64,000 bases of DNA from Actinomycetes bacterium (GTDB taxonomy: Bacteria; Planctomycetota; Phycisphaerae; JAACET01). Every line of letters begins with the position of its first letter. Within the stretch, counting starts at the first letter, position 1. Of the stretch, positions 10,023-20,954 are shown in pieces. The position numbers were made by a program, and so were the translations under genes. The stretch is from the NCBI GenBank assembly GCA_030614915.1, contig JAUXAG010000006.1:66642-130641 (forward strand), written 5' to 3'. The notes beneath the pieces were generated by a model, which saw only the letters and a list, made by a program, of their open reading frames with translations, did no database searches and was not told the DNA's origin.

Positions 10023-13000
10023 CTAACTCCGTCCGCAGCACTTTTTATATTTTTTGCCCGAGCCGCAGGGGCAGGGATCGTTTCGCCCGACTTTTGGAGT
10101 CTTCTTGCGAATGGTCCTGGCCACCGGGGGCGGCTGGCCGGCCTGGGCGGTATCTACCTCGGAGTAATCCATCTGCATCAGGTCGTGACGGGTCTGGGCG
10201 ATGTTGTACACCGAGCGGGCCGACTCGCCGGGTGTGAGCTTGACTTTGAACAACAAGCCTGTTACCCGCGACTGAACCCCCTGGAGCATCTCCTCAAAGA
10301 GCCGCGAGCCTTCCCGGGTGTACTCGATCTTGGGGTCGCGCTCGGCATAGCCGCGCAAACCGATCGAATCGCGCAGATGGTCCATGCTCAGCAGGTGTTC
10401 CTTCCAGCCGGCATCGTATTCGTGCAGGAGAATAAAGCGTTCCAGCTCGCTCAGCTCTCGACGGATAAACTCTCTTCCGGCAGCGAGGAGTTTTTCCCGA
10501 GGGGTTTGTTCGCCACCCTCTTCGCCCAGGTCAGAAGCACTCAAGTTGGCATTGAATCTATCCGAGGCCCATTGGCTGAGCTTTTGCGGGGCATCCGAGA
10601 AGTCGCCCAGCCCCTGGTCCACTTCGTTGGTCAGTCTGCTGTTCTCCAGGAAGTCCCGGCTAAGGTCCAAAAGCCGCCGACGTATGGCCGAGAGCTCCTG
10701 GCCCTGGAAGTCCTCAGGCTTGAACGATTCTTTGTACTTGCGGTTGGCCCAATTGGCCAGCCGTTCGACGGCGAAGAGGTCTTCGGTATTGGACTGGGCG
10801 AAGGTGGTCTCCATGGCCCAGTCCACCGGATAGTGTATTTCCCGTTGGCGGTAGGCTTGTTCGATTTGGCCCAGTAGGGCCCCGCCCACCTCTTCCACCG
10901 AGCGCTCCGCAAATTCAGCCGGGTCGATTCGCAGGTCAAATCTTTCCCTTACCCAATCGGCCAGGGCCCAGTGGCTGAAACCCTTCGCCAGCATGGCCGA
11001 CAGGTCCGAGCAATCCACCGCCTCAACCTGCTGTATGGCCGCTTCGCTTATAGCTTCGCGCATGTCTTCGGGCATCATCTTGCGGAGTTGTCCCTGGCTG
11101 ATGCTGACCTGGAATCGGCTCATGGCCCAGCGCGATACGCCACGCAGGTCCCAGCGTGAAGAGTCTTCTTCTTCGTCGATGTGCTCGCCGAGCTCCAAGT
11201 CCACAGTGCTGCGGACCTCGTCAGCGGCCAGGCGCTTGAGATAATCCTCCAGCTCCTGCTGGTCTTTGCTGGATATGGCCGACACCGCAGCCGAGACGTT
11301 GAAGTTCTCCCGGGCCCAGCGAGCGATACACTCGGCTGGATAGTCTTTCCGCAGATACGTATCAACCGCTTCGCCAACGGAGCCTTCAATCATCGACCAG
11401 ATGAGCTGGGGGATCTCTCGACCCTCCAGAATTCTCTGCCGCAGACTGTAGAAGTACTTCCGCTGGGCATCCATAATGCCGTCGTATTCCAGTAAGTTTT
11501 TGCGGATGGAGAAGTTCCGCTCCTCCACCTTTTTCTGTGCCCGGGCGATACCCTTGGATATCCGCTTGTTCTCGATGGCCATGCCTTCTTCCAGGCCCAG
11601 CCATTCGAGCATCTTGATGGTCCATTCCGGGGCGAAAGTGCGGATCAAATCGTCTCGCAGACTCAGGAAGAACCTGCTCGAGCCGGGATCGCCCTGCCGG
11701 GCGGAACGCCCGCGAAGCTGGTTGTCGATCCTCCGGGCCTCGTGCCTTTCAGTACCTACGATGTGCAAGCCACAGGGCACCCGTTCGCGGCATTCGGTTC
11801 GGCCACGGGCCGGAAAGTCCGGATCCACCTTGGGCTTCCAACAGTGGCCGCATTTTGTGCGGGCGTCATAATCCGGGCAGTGGATGCAGCACTTGGTGGC
11901 CGTAACACCCTTCTCCTGCCAGAACCACTTTTGACCGTTGCTGGACGGGGGGCCGAGGTCTCCGACGCATTTTTCATAAACTACTCCGGTTCCAAGCTTT
12001 ATATCCGTTCCCCGCCCGGCCATATTGGTGGCCACGGTAACATTCCCGAACTCCCTGGAGGGGTCTTTACGGTTCTTGTGGCGATGGCCGGCCTGGGCCA
12101 CGATCTCCGCTTCACGGGAATGATTCTTGGCGTTGAGCACTTCATGAGCCATGCCCATCCTGTGGGTAAGCAGTTGCGAGAGCTTTTCATTGTTCTCCAC
12201 GCTGGTCGTGCCTACCAGGACCGGCCGGCCCGACTCATGCACCGAGCGTATCTCTTCGATAATCGCGTCCCACTTCTCGTCCTCCGAGCGATAAATGACA
12301 TCTTCGTGGTCCATCCGGTTGACCGGCCGGTGCGTCGGCAGGGCCACCACCTCCAGCTTGTATATATTGTGGAACTCCTCCGATTCGGTCATGGCCGTGC
12401 CGGTCATGCCCGCCGGCTTGCCGTAGAGTCGGAAAAAATTCTGCAGGGTGATCGTCGCCAACGTCTGGTTTTCCTGTTTGACGGTTACACCCTCTTTGGC
12501 CTCGACCGCCTGGTGCAGCCCTTCGGACCACTGCCTGCCTTCCATCAGTCGGCCGGTAAATTCGTCAACAATTATCACCTGGTCGTTCTGGACGATGTAG
12601 TGCTGCTCATTCTTATAAATCTCTCGGGCCCGCAGGGCGGTGCTGATCCGATGTATCCAGTACCCCTGGGAGGCCTGGCTGAAGGGCCCTGAGCCGATGC
12701 GGTCTTCAGCCACGCGCTGGCCTTCGTCGGTCATCTTGGCTGAGTGCCTGTCTTTCTCGACGACTACATACTGCTGTAGCCCGATAAGCTCGGCTTCTTC
12801 CTCGTTGAGCAGACGTGGATGGTGCTTGAATTTCAAAAGGGCCGCGGCCGTGGGCCCAACCGCATCGGTTATGTTCTGCACCTTTCGCCGGCAATCTCTG
12901 ACAGCCTTATCCTGCAATGATATCAGGTGCTGGGCTACGTCGTCCGCCGAACGATAGACGCGCACATCATCATAGGCCGGGCCGGAAATAATCAAGGGCG

Positions 13001-13682
13001 TCCGGGCCTCGTCTATCAGTATCGAGTCCACCTCATCAATGATGACGAAGTCGAGGCGGCCCTGCACCTGGGCCTCGGCCGACATCTTCATATTGTCCCG
13101 CAGATAATCGAAGCCGAACTCGCTATTCGTACCATAGGTAACGTCGCAGTCGTACTGGGCTTTGCGCTCCAGGGCCTCGGAGGCGTCCATGCTGGCCTGG
13201 ATGGCCCCAACGCTCATACCCAGCAGCTCGAAGATGGGAGCGGCAAAATCGCGGTCCCGCTGCACCAGGTAGTCATTGACCGTAACCACGTGCACCTTTT
13301 TGCCCAGCAGAAAGGCCAGGTAAATAGCCAAGTAGCAGGCAATGGTTTTTCCCTCACCGGTGGCTTCCTCGGCTATCTTGCCCTCGTGTAGCACTAACCC
13401 GGCGCTGAGCTGCACGTCGAACTGCCGGTGGTCTCGCCCTCGCCGGGAAGCTTCGCGCACCGCTGCACTCGCTTCGGGCAGAATATCCTCGATAGATTCA
13501 CCTTGGCCCAGCCGCCGGCGAAACTCGCCGGTCTTGTCCTGTAGCTGCTGGTCGGAGAGTTGGCGGAATTGCCCTTCCAATGCGGAGATTTGATCTACAG
13601 TTTTCTGATAGCCCTTGAGCAAACGCTGATTGCGCGAGCCGAAGACCTTCGTAAAAGCATTGGATAACGATAGCAGGGCCAT
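10023..13682 (-). CDS. secA: Preprotein translocase ATPase SecA (long form, 1219 aa)
   Basis: N-terminus [12 protein letters not shown]..., DEAD-like motor motifs, C-terminal zinc finger [14 protein letters not shown]. Several insertions relative to the ~900-aa proteobacterial SecA. Confidence 0.95.
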   Translation of the reverse strand: MALLSLSNAFTKVFGSRNQRLLKGYQKTVDQISALEGQFRQLSDQQLQDKTGEFRRRLGQGESIEDILPEASAAVREASRRGRDHRQFDVQLSAGLVLHEGKIAEEATGEGKTIACYLAIYLAFLLGKKVHVVTVNDYLVQRDRDFAAPIFELLGMSVGAIQASMDASEALERKAQYDCDVTYGTNSEFGFDYLRDNMKMSAEAQVQGRLDFVIIDEVDSILIDEARTPLIISGPAYDDVRVYRSADDVAQHLISLQDKAVRDCRRKVQNITDAVGPTAAALLKFKHHPRLLNEEEAELIGLQQYVVVEKDRHSAKMTDEGQRVAEDRIGSGPFSQASQGYWIHRISTALRAREIYKNEQHYIVQNDQVIIVDEFTGRLMEGRQWSEGLHQAVEAKEGVTVKQENQTLATITLQNFFRLYGKPAGMTGTAMTESEEFHNIYKLEVVALPTHRPVNRMDHEDVIYRSEDEKWDAIIEEIRSVHESGRPVLVGTTSVENNEKLSQLLTHRMGMAHEVLNAKNHSREAEIVAQAGHRHKNRKDPSREFGNVTVATNMAGRGTDIKLGTGVVYEKCVGDLGPPSSNGQKWFWQEKGVTATKCCIHCPDYDARTKCGHCWKPKVDPDFPARGRTECRERVPCGLHIVGTERHEARRIDNQLRGRSARQGDPGSSRFFLSLRDDLIRTFAPEWTIKMLEWLGLEEGMAIENKRISKGIARAQKKVEERNFSIRKNLLEYDGIMDAQRKYFYSLRQRILEGREIPQLIWSMIEGSVGEAVDTYLRKDYPAECIARWARENFNVSAAVSAISSKDQQELEDYLKRLAADEVRSTVDLELGEHIDEEEDSSRWDLRGVSRWAMSRFQVSISQGQLRKMMPEDMREAISEAAIQQVEAVDCSDLSAMLAKGFSHWALADWVRERFDLRIDPAEFAERSVEEVGGALLGQIEQAYRQREIHYPVDWAMETTFAQSNTEDLFAVERLANWANRKYKESFKPEDFQGQELSAIRRRLLDLSRDFLENSRLTNEVDQGLGDFSDAPQKLSQWASDRFNANLSASDLGEEGGEQTPREKLLAAGREFIRRELSELERFILLHEYDAGWKEHLLSMDHLRDSIGLRGYAERDPKIEYTREGSRLFEEMLQGVQSRVTGLLFKVKLTPGESARSVYNIAQTRHDLMQMDYSEVDTAQAGQPPPVARTIRKKTPKVGRNDPCPCGSGKKYKKCCGRS

Positions 13683-13700
13683 GTGTTTGTTCGCCAGGCT

Positions 13701-14261
13701 CTAGCGAACGCGCTCCACGTATTCGCCTGAGCGGGTATCGACCCGTACTGTTTCGCCGACTCCTACAAAAGGCGGCACCTGGACTTTGATACCTGTCTCC
13801 AGTGTAGCCGTCTTGTTCTGATTCGTAGCCGTTGCCCCTTTGACCACCGGTGGAGTCTCAACCACTTTCAGGTCCACGGTATTCGGCAAAATGGCCAGTA
13901 CAGCCTTGCCGTCAAAAAAATGCACTTCCAGAGCCGTGCCGCTGACCAGGTATCCGACTCCATCGCCGATTACCCCCAGCCCAATGGGTATCTGCTCGTA
14001 CGTCTGGCTGTCCATGCAGAAGTGGCCCTGGGCATTGCTGTAGGAATATTCCATCTGCCGCTTATCCACAAAGACGTCTTCAAGGCTGTCGGACACGCGA
14101 AAGCGCTCGTCGATGGTCGTTCCGCTGGAGAGATTTTTGAGTTTGACCTGCATAAGCGAGCGTTTATTTCCCTTGGCCACGTGCTGGGAATCCACCACTG
14201 TCCAGAGATCATCACGATATCTGACGGCTATCCCCCGACGAAGATCCACTGCCTTGATCAT
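13701..14261 (-). CDS. efp: Elongation factor P
   Basis: KGNKRSLMQVKLKNL... with KOW-like and OB domains. Start chosen at internal ATG (MIKAVDLRRG), giving 186 aa. The track ORF extends to 14339. Confidence 0.85.
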   Translation of the reverse strand: MIKAVDLRRGIAVRYRDDLWTVVDSQHVAKGNKRSLMQVKLKNLSSGTTIDERFRVSDSLEDVFVDKRQMEYSYSNAQGHFCMDSQTYEQIPIGLGVIGDGVGYLVSGTALEVHFFDGKAVLAILPNTVDLKVVETPPVVKGATATNQNKTATLETGIKVQVPPFVGVGETVRVDTRSGEYVERVR

Positions 14262-14492
14262 AGGTCCAGAACTCCTCGGTTTTGAAGTATCTGGTTGGGC
14301 TGTCAAATCATCCTGTCTACTTATTTTATAGTATCCCATAGAAACCCCCGCCAGTCAACAACGCTTGGGCTGCATTGATTGACATCTACGGCCCGACAGG
14401 ACGTTAGAAGTCGGGTTTTTCTCTTGGCTTAACGGTCGCCCAGCGGTACACTATCGCGACTTTGTGGTTATGCAGTTTATAGACCGTGGTAA

Positions 14493-14873
14493 TTGGTTTT
14501 TATGGCAGTGCTTCCGACTGATAAGCCTGATGGTCCAGACCAGGGGTCCTGTCCCAGCGAGGAATCTTTTTCCAACACACCCGGTTGCCCGTCCGCCACT
14601 CAACAGGGCTCTTGCCGACATTGCGCCGAGGTAATGGAGCAATTGAATCACAGCCCCACTTCTTACCAGCCGCTTCCGCTTGGCCAGCTCCTGTTGGTTT
14701 TTTTTCTGCCGCTGATATGTGCAGCCGCCTTGGTAATCGGAGCCGTCAGTTGCTTGCCCAAGTTGGCTGAGCATCCGGGTTATCTGGCCCTGTCCGCTTT
14801 GGGCGTAGCCTGTTCAGCCATACTTTTAGCCAGAATCTTCACCCGCCGGGCAAAGACACCCAAGCGAGGATAG
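14493..14873 (+). CDS. Small Cys-rich two-TM membrane protein, possibly RseC/MucC-like (rnf-associated)
   Basis: Four Cys in the N-terminal part (C-x11-C-x8-C-x2-C) followed by two hydrophobic helices. Sits immediately upstream of rnfC. Cys spacing differs from E. coli RseC, so the assignment is tentative. The true start may be internal. Confidence 0.35.
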   Translation: MVFMAVLPTDKPDGPDQGSCPSEESFSNTPGCPSATQQGSCRHCAEVMEQLNHSPTSYQPLPLGQLLLVFFLPLICAAALVIGAVSCLPKLAEHPGYLALSALGVACSAILLARIFTRRAKTPKRG

Positions 14874-14882
14874 TCCTGATCC

Positions 14883-16280
14883 ATGTCTGCAGAGTCAGCC
14901 AGCTCACCAGCCCTTTGCCTGCCCGCCAAGATCGGCCCCGGCACATTCCGGCGCGGCGTGCATCCGCCTCAGAACAAATCACTCACTGCCGATCTGGCTA
15001 TCGAAGTCTTGCCCAGCCCAGCCAAGCTGGTCCTTCCTTTGTTGCAGCACACCGGCAGACCGGCCGAGCTGTCGGTCAAGCCGCGGGACATCGTCGAAGC
15101 CGGCCAGAAAATCGCCGAACCCACCGGTTTGATCTCCGCTGCGGTGCACACGGCCATTGCCGGCAAGGTCGGGCCCGTCACTACTACTGTTCTGGCCGCC
15201 GGCCTTCGGGTCCCAGCCGTTACCATTACCGCTGATTCTTCGACCGAAGCGCCCGAGCCGAGCTGGCCGCCAGCACAGCCGCCGAGATTCAGCCCGGATG
15301 ATTTTTCCGCCCAGCAGATCGCCGAGGCCGCCCAGGAGGCAGGCCTGGTCGGTCTGGGCGGGGCTGCTTTTCCCACCCATGTCAAGCTGATAACCAGCCC
15401 CGAGCGGCCCATCGACACCCTGATCCTCAACGGCTGTGAGTGCGAGCCTTACCTGACCAGCGACTATCGACTCATGCTCGAAGACCCCTGGTGGATCGTA
15501 GCCGGTTTGTTACTAGCCATGCGAGCCACCGCCGCCCAGCGGGGCATAATCGCTATTGAGGACAACAAGCCCCAGGCCATCGCCGCCATGCACATTGCCA
15601 TAAGCGATCATCCCCAGCTCTCAGTGCAATCTTTGCAGACAAAGTATCCCCAGGGCGGCGAGCGATCCTTATTGCCCGCATCGGTGGGGAGGATTATTCC
15701 TACCAAGGGTCTGCCCCTGCACGTAGGTGTGGTGGTGCTGAACGTCGGCACGTCTGCAACACTGGCACGAGCGGTCCTCAATGGCTCCGGCCTGACTCAC
15801 CGGGTAATCACTGTTACCGGCCAGGGCATAGCTAGACCCGCAAACCTCTTGGTTCCTGTCGGAGTGGCCTTGGGCGAAGTCCTCGATTATTGCGGCGGGC
15901 TCACAGACAGCGCCGCCCAGATCGTTATGGGCGGGCCCATGATGGGCAACACGGTTTCAAACCTCGATCTGCCCATTACCAAGGGCATCTCCGGCGTTAC
16001 CGTGCTCGCCAAGTCACAGTTGGATCGCCGCCCCGAGCGCCCCTGCCTCCGCTGCGCCAAGTGCGTGGACCATTGTCCGATCAAGCTCAATCCCACGGGG
16101 ATTGCCCACGCCGTCAAGCTTCGCGAATTCGAGCTGGCCCGCCAACTGAACCTCGAAGCCTGCGTGGAGTGTGGCTGCTGCGGATACATCTGTCCCAGCC
16201 GGATCCCCCTGGTGCAATACATGCGCTCGGGAAAAGCGGCCCTGCTCCAAATTGACCTGGCTAACAAAGATAAAGGATAA
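14883..16280 (+). CDS. rnfC: Rnf electron transport complex subunit C
   Basis: GGAAFPTHVKL NADH/FMN-binding region and two 4Fe-4S motifs (CLRCAKCVDHCP; CVECGCCGYICPS). Confidence 0.9.
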   Translation: MSAESASSPALCLPAKIGPGTFRRGVHPPQNKSLTADLAIEVLPSPAKLVLPLLQHTGRPAELSVKPRDIVEAGQKIAEPTGLISAAVHTAIAGKVGPVTTTVLAAGLRVPAVTITADSSTEAPEPSWPPAQPPRFSPDDFSAQQIAEAAQEAGLVGLGGAAFPTHVKLITSPERPIDTLILNGCECEPYLTSDYRLMLEDPWWIVAGLLLAMRATAAQRGIIAIEDNKPQAIAAMHIAISDHPQLSVQSLQTKYPQGGERSLLPASVGRIIPTKGLPLHVGVVVLNVGTSATLARAVLNGSGLTHRVITVTGQGIARPANLLVPVGVALGEVLDYCGGLTDSAAQIVMGGPMMGNTVSNLDLPITKGISGVTVLAKSQLDRRPERPCLRCAKCVDHCPIKLNPTGIAHAVKLREFELARQLNLEACVECGCCGYICPSRIPLVQYMRSGKAALLQIDLANKDKG

Positions 16281-16293
16281 CTGGATAGGATCA

Positions 16294-17346
16294 ATGGACG
16301 ACCAGAAGCAGCTTAATGTCAGTCCCACGCCGCACGTTTCGGCGAAGCTCACCACCTCTCGGATGATGGCCGATGTGCTTATCGCCCTTATCCCGGTGTC
16401 GGTAACCGCGACGATACTCTTCGGCTGGCGGACCCTGCAGCTACCGCTGATCTGCGTGGCTACTTGCGTGGTTACGGAGATCATTTTCAACTTCTGCCGC
16501 AAAAAGCCCAACTCCCTGGGTGATTGTTCGGCGGTGGTTACGGGCCTGATTCTGGCCTTTTCCGTTCCCCCGACGCTGCCCTGGTTTGCCTGCGTGATCG
16601 GCTCGGTCGTGGCCATCGGTATTGCCAAGATGCTTTTCGGTGGCTTGGGCTCGAATATTTTCAATCCGGCCATGGTCGGTCGAGCCTTTCTGATGATTTG
16701 CTTCGGCCAACTGATGACCACCTGGACTGCCCCAGGGGTGGAAGATACCGCCAAAATATATGCCACGACCAGGGCTACACCTTTGGCGGTGGCCAAGTTT
16801 ACCGAATCCGATCGAAGCAAGGCCCTGGAGGAAGTTTCCTTAGAAGAGTATGAAATATCGCTGAAAGTTCGGGCCGGAAATCCTGCCGTCCTTGGCGACT
16901 TACTTCGCGGGGCGGTGGGCGGTTGCCTCGGTGAGACTTCAGCCTTGGCTATCCTGATCGGCGGGGCCTACCTCCTCTGGAGAAAAACTATCTCCTACCA
17001 GATAACATTGGGAATGATCGGGGCTATCCTGATTTTTGCCGGAGTGGGTTATTATCTCGCCCCCCAGCAGGTCATGCACCCCTTGGGGCATCTCTTTGCC
17101 GGCGGGGCCATGTTCGGAGCCTTTTTCGTTGCCACCGACCCGGTCAGCTCACCACTTAGCACTCCTGGCAGATGGCTTTTCGGGATAGGCACCGGCGTGT
17201 TAGTGATGGTGATCCGTATTTTCTCGGGCTATCCGGAGGGCATCATGTTTGCCGTGCTGATTATGAATGCCATAGCTCCTTTACTGGATCGCTGGACGGA
17301 GCCAGCCCCGCTGGGCACCAAGGTAAAAACCGCCGCGGGCTCTTGA
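16294..17346 (+). CDS. rnfD: Rnf complex subunit D (NqrB/RnfD family)
   Basis: Polytopic membrane protein. Start moved to the ATG (MDDQKQL) just after the rnfC stop. Position after rnfC supports the call. Confidence 0.85.
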   Translation: MDDQKQLNVSPTPHVSAKLTTSRMMADVLIALIPVSVTATILFGWRTLQLPLICVATCVVTEIIFNFCRKKPNSLGDCSAVVTGLILAFSVPPTLPWFACVIGSVVAIGIAKMLFGGLGSNIFNPAMVGRAFLMICFGQLMTTWTAPGVEDTAKIYATTRATPLAVAKFTESDRSKALEEVSLEEYEISLKVRAGNPAVLGDLLRGAVGGCLGETSALAILIGGAYLLWRKTISYQITLGMIGAILIFAGVGYYLAPQQVMHPLGHLFAGGAMFGAFFVATDPVSSPLSTPGRWLFGIGTGVLVMVIRIFSGYPEGIMFAVLIMNAIAPLLDRWTEPAPLGTKVKTAAGS

Positions 17347-17362
17347 GTGAGGAATAGCTGGC

Positions 17363-17968
17363 GTGATCAACTTTATCAAACAGTCGGCTCTGGTGCTGGT
17401 CCTGGCCGTGGTCTTCGGCTCAGGCTTGGCCTTGATGTATGCCGGGACCAATCCACTCTATCTAGCCAATCAGGAAAAAGCTACCCTCGACTCTATCGCT
17501 AAAACAATCCCCGGGGCTGACACAGCTCAGAATCTGCAGACTTCAGAGGTAGAATCCATCGAAGAGTATAGAGTCTATCGTGTTTTCGATTCGCCAGAGG
17601 ACGGCAAAGAAACGCTTCTGGGCTGGGCCTACGTAGCCAAGGGCAAGGGTTTCGGCGGTGATATCAAGCTGCTCGTCGGCCTGAACGCCCAGGCGGATGC
17701 CCTGGTCGGCATCGACGTCCTTGAAGACGTTGAAACACCAGGCTTCGGGAACTATATAAATGACGAAGAACGCTGGAAGAGCAAGTTTCGGCCGCGCGAT
17801 GGAAAGGCCCTGTCTCTGGACAGGAACTTGGTGGTGATCAAGACCACTCCTAAGAAGCCTTATCAGATTCAGGCTATCACCGGAGCGACTATTTCTTCCA
17901 AGGCCGTGGTCGCCATTATCAACGACACCGCCGGGAAAGTTGCCGCCCAGATAAAGCAAGAGGACTAA
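17363..17968 (+). CDS. rnfG: Rnf complex subunit G (FMN-binding)
   Basis: N-terminal TM helix and FMN-attachment motif ITGATISSKAV. Confidence 0.85.
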   Translation: MINFIKQSALVLVLAVVFGSGLALMYAGTNPLYLANQEKATLDSIAKTIPGADTAQNLQTSEVESIEEYRVYRVFDSPEDGKETLLGWAYVAKGKGFGGDIKLLVGLNAQADALVGIDVLEDVETPGFGNYINDEERWKSKFRPRDGKALSLDRNLVVIKTTPKKPYQIQAITGATISSKAVVAIINDTAGKVAAQIKQED

Positions 17969-17973
17969 TATAG

Positions 17974-18600
17974 ATGGCTGACAAAAGTAGCGAACCAAGC
18001 TCGCTGGTGCGCTTTATCAACGGCATTTTGCCGGAGAATCCGGTTCTGCGCCTGGTGCTGGGGATTTGCCCCACCCTGGCGGTAACCGCTAGCATGGAAG
18101 GGGCAATCACCATGGGCCTGGCGGCGACGTTCGTGCTGTTCTGCTCCAACTTCTTCGTCTCGCTGCTGAAAAGATTCCTTCAGCCGCATCTGCGGATACT
18201 GGTCTTTACCATTATCATCGCCACCTTCGTTACCATCGTAGATATGTTCCTCAAGGCTTTCATGTATGACATGTCCCGAACGTTGGGCCCGTACATTCCA
18301 CTGATTATTGTCAACTGCATTATTATCGCCCGGGCCGAGGCCTGTGCCAGCAAGAGTCGTCTGCTGCCTTCCCTGGCCGATGCCTTGGGAATGGGATTGG
18401 GCTTTACTTTAGCCCTGTGCATCCTGGCCAGCGTCCGCGAGATCTTGGCCGACGGGACCTGGCTGAATATACCGGTAATGTGGGAAGGTTTTACGACTTG
18501 GACTATTATGAAATTGGCTCCGGGCGCGTTTTTGGCGTTTGGGCTGGTCGTCGGAGCCAATAATTTCATCCGCCGCAAACTTGAAGAAAGGAAGAGCTAG
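17974..18600 (+). CDS. rnfE: Rnf complex subunit E
   Basis: 6-TM NqrD/RnfE-family protein, paralogous to the next gene. Order C-D-G-E-A-B. Confidence 0.85.
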   Translation: MADKSSEPSSLVRFINGILPENPVLRLVLGICPTLAVTASMEGAITMGLAATFVLFCSNFFVSLLKRFLQPHLRILVFTIIIATFVTIVDMFLKAFMYDMSRTLGPYIPLIIVNCIIIARAEACASKSRLLPSLADALGMGLGFTLALCILASVREILADGTWLNIPVMWEGFTTWTIMKLAPGAFLAFGLVVGANNFIRRKLEERKS

Positions 18601-18602
18601 CC

Positions 18603-19244
18603 ATGACCGTTGAGCTGCTGCTTATCCTTTTGACCGCGGTGTTGATCAACAACCCCGTGCTTTATTATTTTTTGGGGCTTTGTCCTTACCTGGGCGTTTC
18701 CAACAAGGTGGACATGGCCTTTGGCATGGGAATGGCCGTTACTTTTGTGATGACCGTGGCCGCCAGCATGACCTGGGCCATCAACAACCTGGTAATCTTT
18801 TATCTTAGCACCAGCAGCATTGCTATCGACCTGGGCTTTCTGCGTTATATCATTTTCATTTTCGTCATTGCCGGCACCGTGCAACTGGTGGAGATGTTTC
18901 TGCGGAAGTTTTTCCCGCATCTCTACGACCGCTTTGGCATTTTCCTTCCCCTGATTACCACCAACTGCGCCATTCTGGGCTGTTGCCTATGGATTGACGT
19001 AAAGGGATTTAATCTGGTGGCCGGCGAGCAGGGCGTGGCCGTTTCCTGGAAGTTCGCCCAGGCCCTGCTTTTCGGCATCGGGAACGGTTTGGGATTTACT
19101 CTGGCCATCTGCCTGATGGCGGGCATCCGCGAAAGGTTGCGTTTCTCGGATGTCCCCCGTGATTTTCGCGGCGTAGCTATTACCCTCATCGTAGCGGCTA
19201 TCCTGGCCATGGCCTTCATGGGATTCTCCGGTATCGGAGGCTAG
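18603..19244 (+). CDS. rnfA: Rnf complex subunit A
   Basis: NqrE/RnfA-family 6-TM protein, homologous to rnfE. Confidence 0.85.
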   Translation: MTVELLLILLTAVLINNPVLYYFLGLCPYLGVSNKVDMAFGMGMAVTFVMTVAASMTWAINNLVIFYLSTSSIAIDLGFLRYIIFIFVIAGTVQLVEMFLRKFFPHLYDRFGIFLPLITTNCAILGCCLWIDVKGFNLVAGEQGVAVSWKFAQALLFGIGNGLGFTLAICLMAGIRERLRFSDVPRDFRGVAITLIVAAILAMAFMGFSGIGG

Positions 19245-19276
19245 CAAGGGCCGGCCCTTAGCGAGGTGCAGCCAAC

Positions 19277-20101
19277 GTGATCTTATTTTTAACTATTCTC
19301 TCAGCTGCGGCTTTGATGCTGGGCTTGGCCCTGCTGTTCACCATTACCTTGAGCGTGGCCAAGATCCGCCTTCATGTGGAGACCGACCCCCGGATCGAGC
19401 GGATCAACGATATTCTTCCAGGCGCCAACTGTGGCGGTTGCGGGGCAGCCGGCTGCAGCAGTTTCGCCCGCTCCGTTGTTGAAGGCAAGATGCCTGCCGA
19501 TGGTTGTCCTGTCGGTGGACCCGACATTTCCGCCTTGATAGCCGACATTATGGGCATCGAGCTCAGCGCCGGCCATCCCCTGCGCCCGGTGGTTCGCTGC
19601 CAGGCTCGGGCCTCCGATCGCCTGGGCCGGGCCGCTTACAATTCTATCGACACCTGCGCCGAGGCCAACGTCGTGCCCGGCCTGCAGGCCTGCACCTATG
19701 GCTGTTTGGGCTTTGGCGATTGTGTTGTCGCCTGCCGATATGATGCCATCAGAATGGTTGACGGCCTACCCGTGGTGGATTACCAAAAATGCACCAACTG
19801 CGGGGCCTGTAGCCGTGCCTGTCCGCGTAATATGATTGCTCGTGTGCCTTTCAGCCAGGCCGGCATGTACGCCGTGGCCTGCAACAACCACGATCCCGGC
19901 AGAGCCATGAAAAGCATCTGCAAGGTCGGCTGCATTGCCTGTGGGGCCTGCGTCAAGGCCGTGGCCGACTTGTTCGAGGTCAAAGCCAACTTGGCCGAAG
20001 TCAATTACGACGATTACGATAAGGCCGACGCGGCCCCTGCCGGCGAAAAATGCCCCACCAAGGTTATCCTGACTTTCGGTGACGGTCAGAATCAGGCTTA
20101 G
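19277..20101 (+). CDS. rnfB: Rnf complex subunit B (polyferredoxin)
   Basis: N-terminal TM helix, CGGCGAAGC motif and multiple CxxCxxCxxxCP ferredoxin motifs. Confidence 0.85.
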   Translation: MILFLTILSAAALMLGLALLFTITLSVAKIRLHVETDPRIERINDILPGANCGGCGAAGCSSFARSVVEGKMPADGCPVGGPDISALIADIMGIELSAGHPLRPVVRCQARASDRLGRAAYNSIDTCAEANVVPGLQACTYGCLGFGDCVVACRYDAIRMVDGLPVVDYQKCTNCGACSRACPRNMIARVPFSQAGMYAVACNNHDPGRAMKSICKVGCIACGACVKAVADLFEVKANLAEVNYDDYDKADAAPAGEKCPTKVILTFGDGQNQA

Positions 20102-20110
20102 TTTTTCCCA

Positions 20111-20139
20111 TTGACAATTCACCCCTGACAGCGTGTAAT
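20111..20139 (+). promoter_or_regulatory. Sigma70-like promoter (TTGACA-N17-TGTAAT) upstream of the response regulator gene
   Basis: ttgaca attcacccctgacagcg tgtaat, 60 bp upstream of ATG 20206. An aaggag RBS sits 5 nt before the ATG. Confidence 0.4.
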
Positions 20140-20205
20140 TGGCTGTTGTAGGGCGTTGTTTTCGAATACTGAAGGACATGGTGCGGCGGATGTTAAGGAG
20201 TGAGC

Positions 20206-20685
20206 ATGACAGGTAAGTCCGAAGCCCGGCTGGATATCGATCCGAGCAAATCCACCATCCTGGTGGTGGACGACAATCTGCAGAACCTCGAATTGCTCCA
20301 GGCTTATCTGGAGGATTTGGGCTGTGAGGTGATTTCCGCCGTGGACGGCGTGAAGGCTATGCAGGCCGTAGCCCAGCACAATCCGGACCTGATACTGCTG
20401 GACATTATGATGCCGAAGATGAGCGGTTTCGAGGTCTGCCGTCGGCTCAAGGAGGACGAGGCTACCTGCGATATTCCCGTAGTGATGGTAACAGCTCTGA
20501 ACGAACTGGGCGACATCGAACGGGCCGTGGCTGCCGGTACCGATGATTTTCTCTCCAAGCCCATCAACAAGCTCGAGTTGCTCACCCGGGTCAAGAGTCT
20601 GCTGCGGGTCCGCCACCTCAAGAACGAGCTGGAGCGCACCTTGGCTTATCTGCAGGAAGTTGACAGCCCTAAGAAGAAGGCTTGA
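20206..20685 (+). CDS. Stand-alone response regulator receiver domain (CheY-like)
   Basis: ILVVDDN...DLILLDIMMPKMSG...K motifs (phospho-acceptor Asp region, conserved Lys). Confidence 0.85.
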   Translation: MTGKSEARLDIDPSKSTILVVDDNLQNLELLQAYLEDLGCEVISAVDGVKAMQAVAQHNPDLILLDIMMPKMSGFEVCRRLKEDEATCDIPVVMVTALNELGDIERAVAAGTDDFLSKPINKLELLTRVKSLLRVRHLKNELERTLAYLQEVDSPKKKA

Positions 20686-20954
20686 GGCGTGAGGCACAAA
20701 AAGTGTACACTCGAATCCCCGCTTTCGCAGCCTCAAGCCTAACAAAGAGCTATGGCTGATTATACCTTGGTAATGAGAGTTCGCCTCGAAGCTTTGGACG
20801 ACGTGCAGGCCCGCGGGAAAGCCCAAGACCTTCTCGAGCAGATGGGCCAGCAGGAAATCTGCCCTGATGCCCAGTTGGTCTTGCGCCGCCAGGGACCCCA
20901 AGCCAGCCGCAATCTCTTGGGCGGAGATGGCGAATCCTAACCATTACATCTTGT

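Noticed and set aside
10185-13593. Multiple 60-316-aa ORFs on the plus strand inside secA (also similar nests inside mutS, the activase gene, nrdD and the FtsZ-like gene)
   Set aside because: High-GC antisense frames within strongly supported long genes. No motifs.
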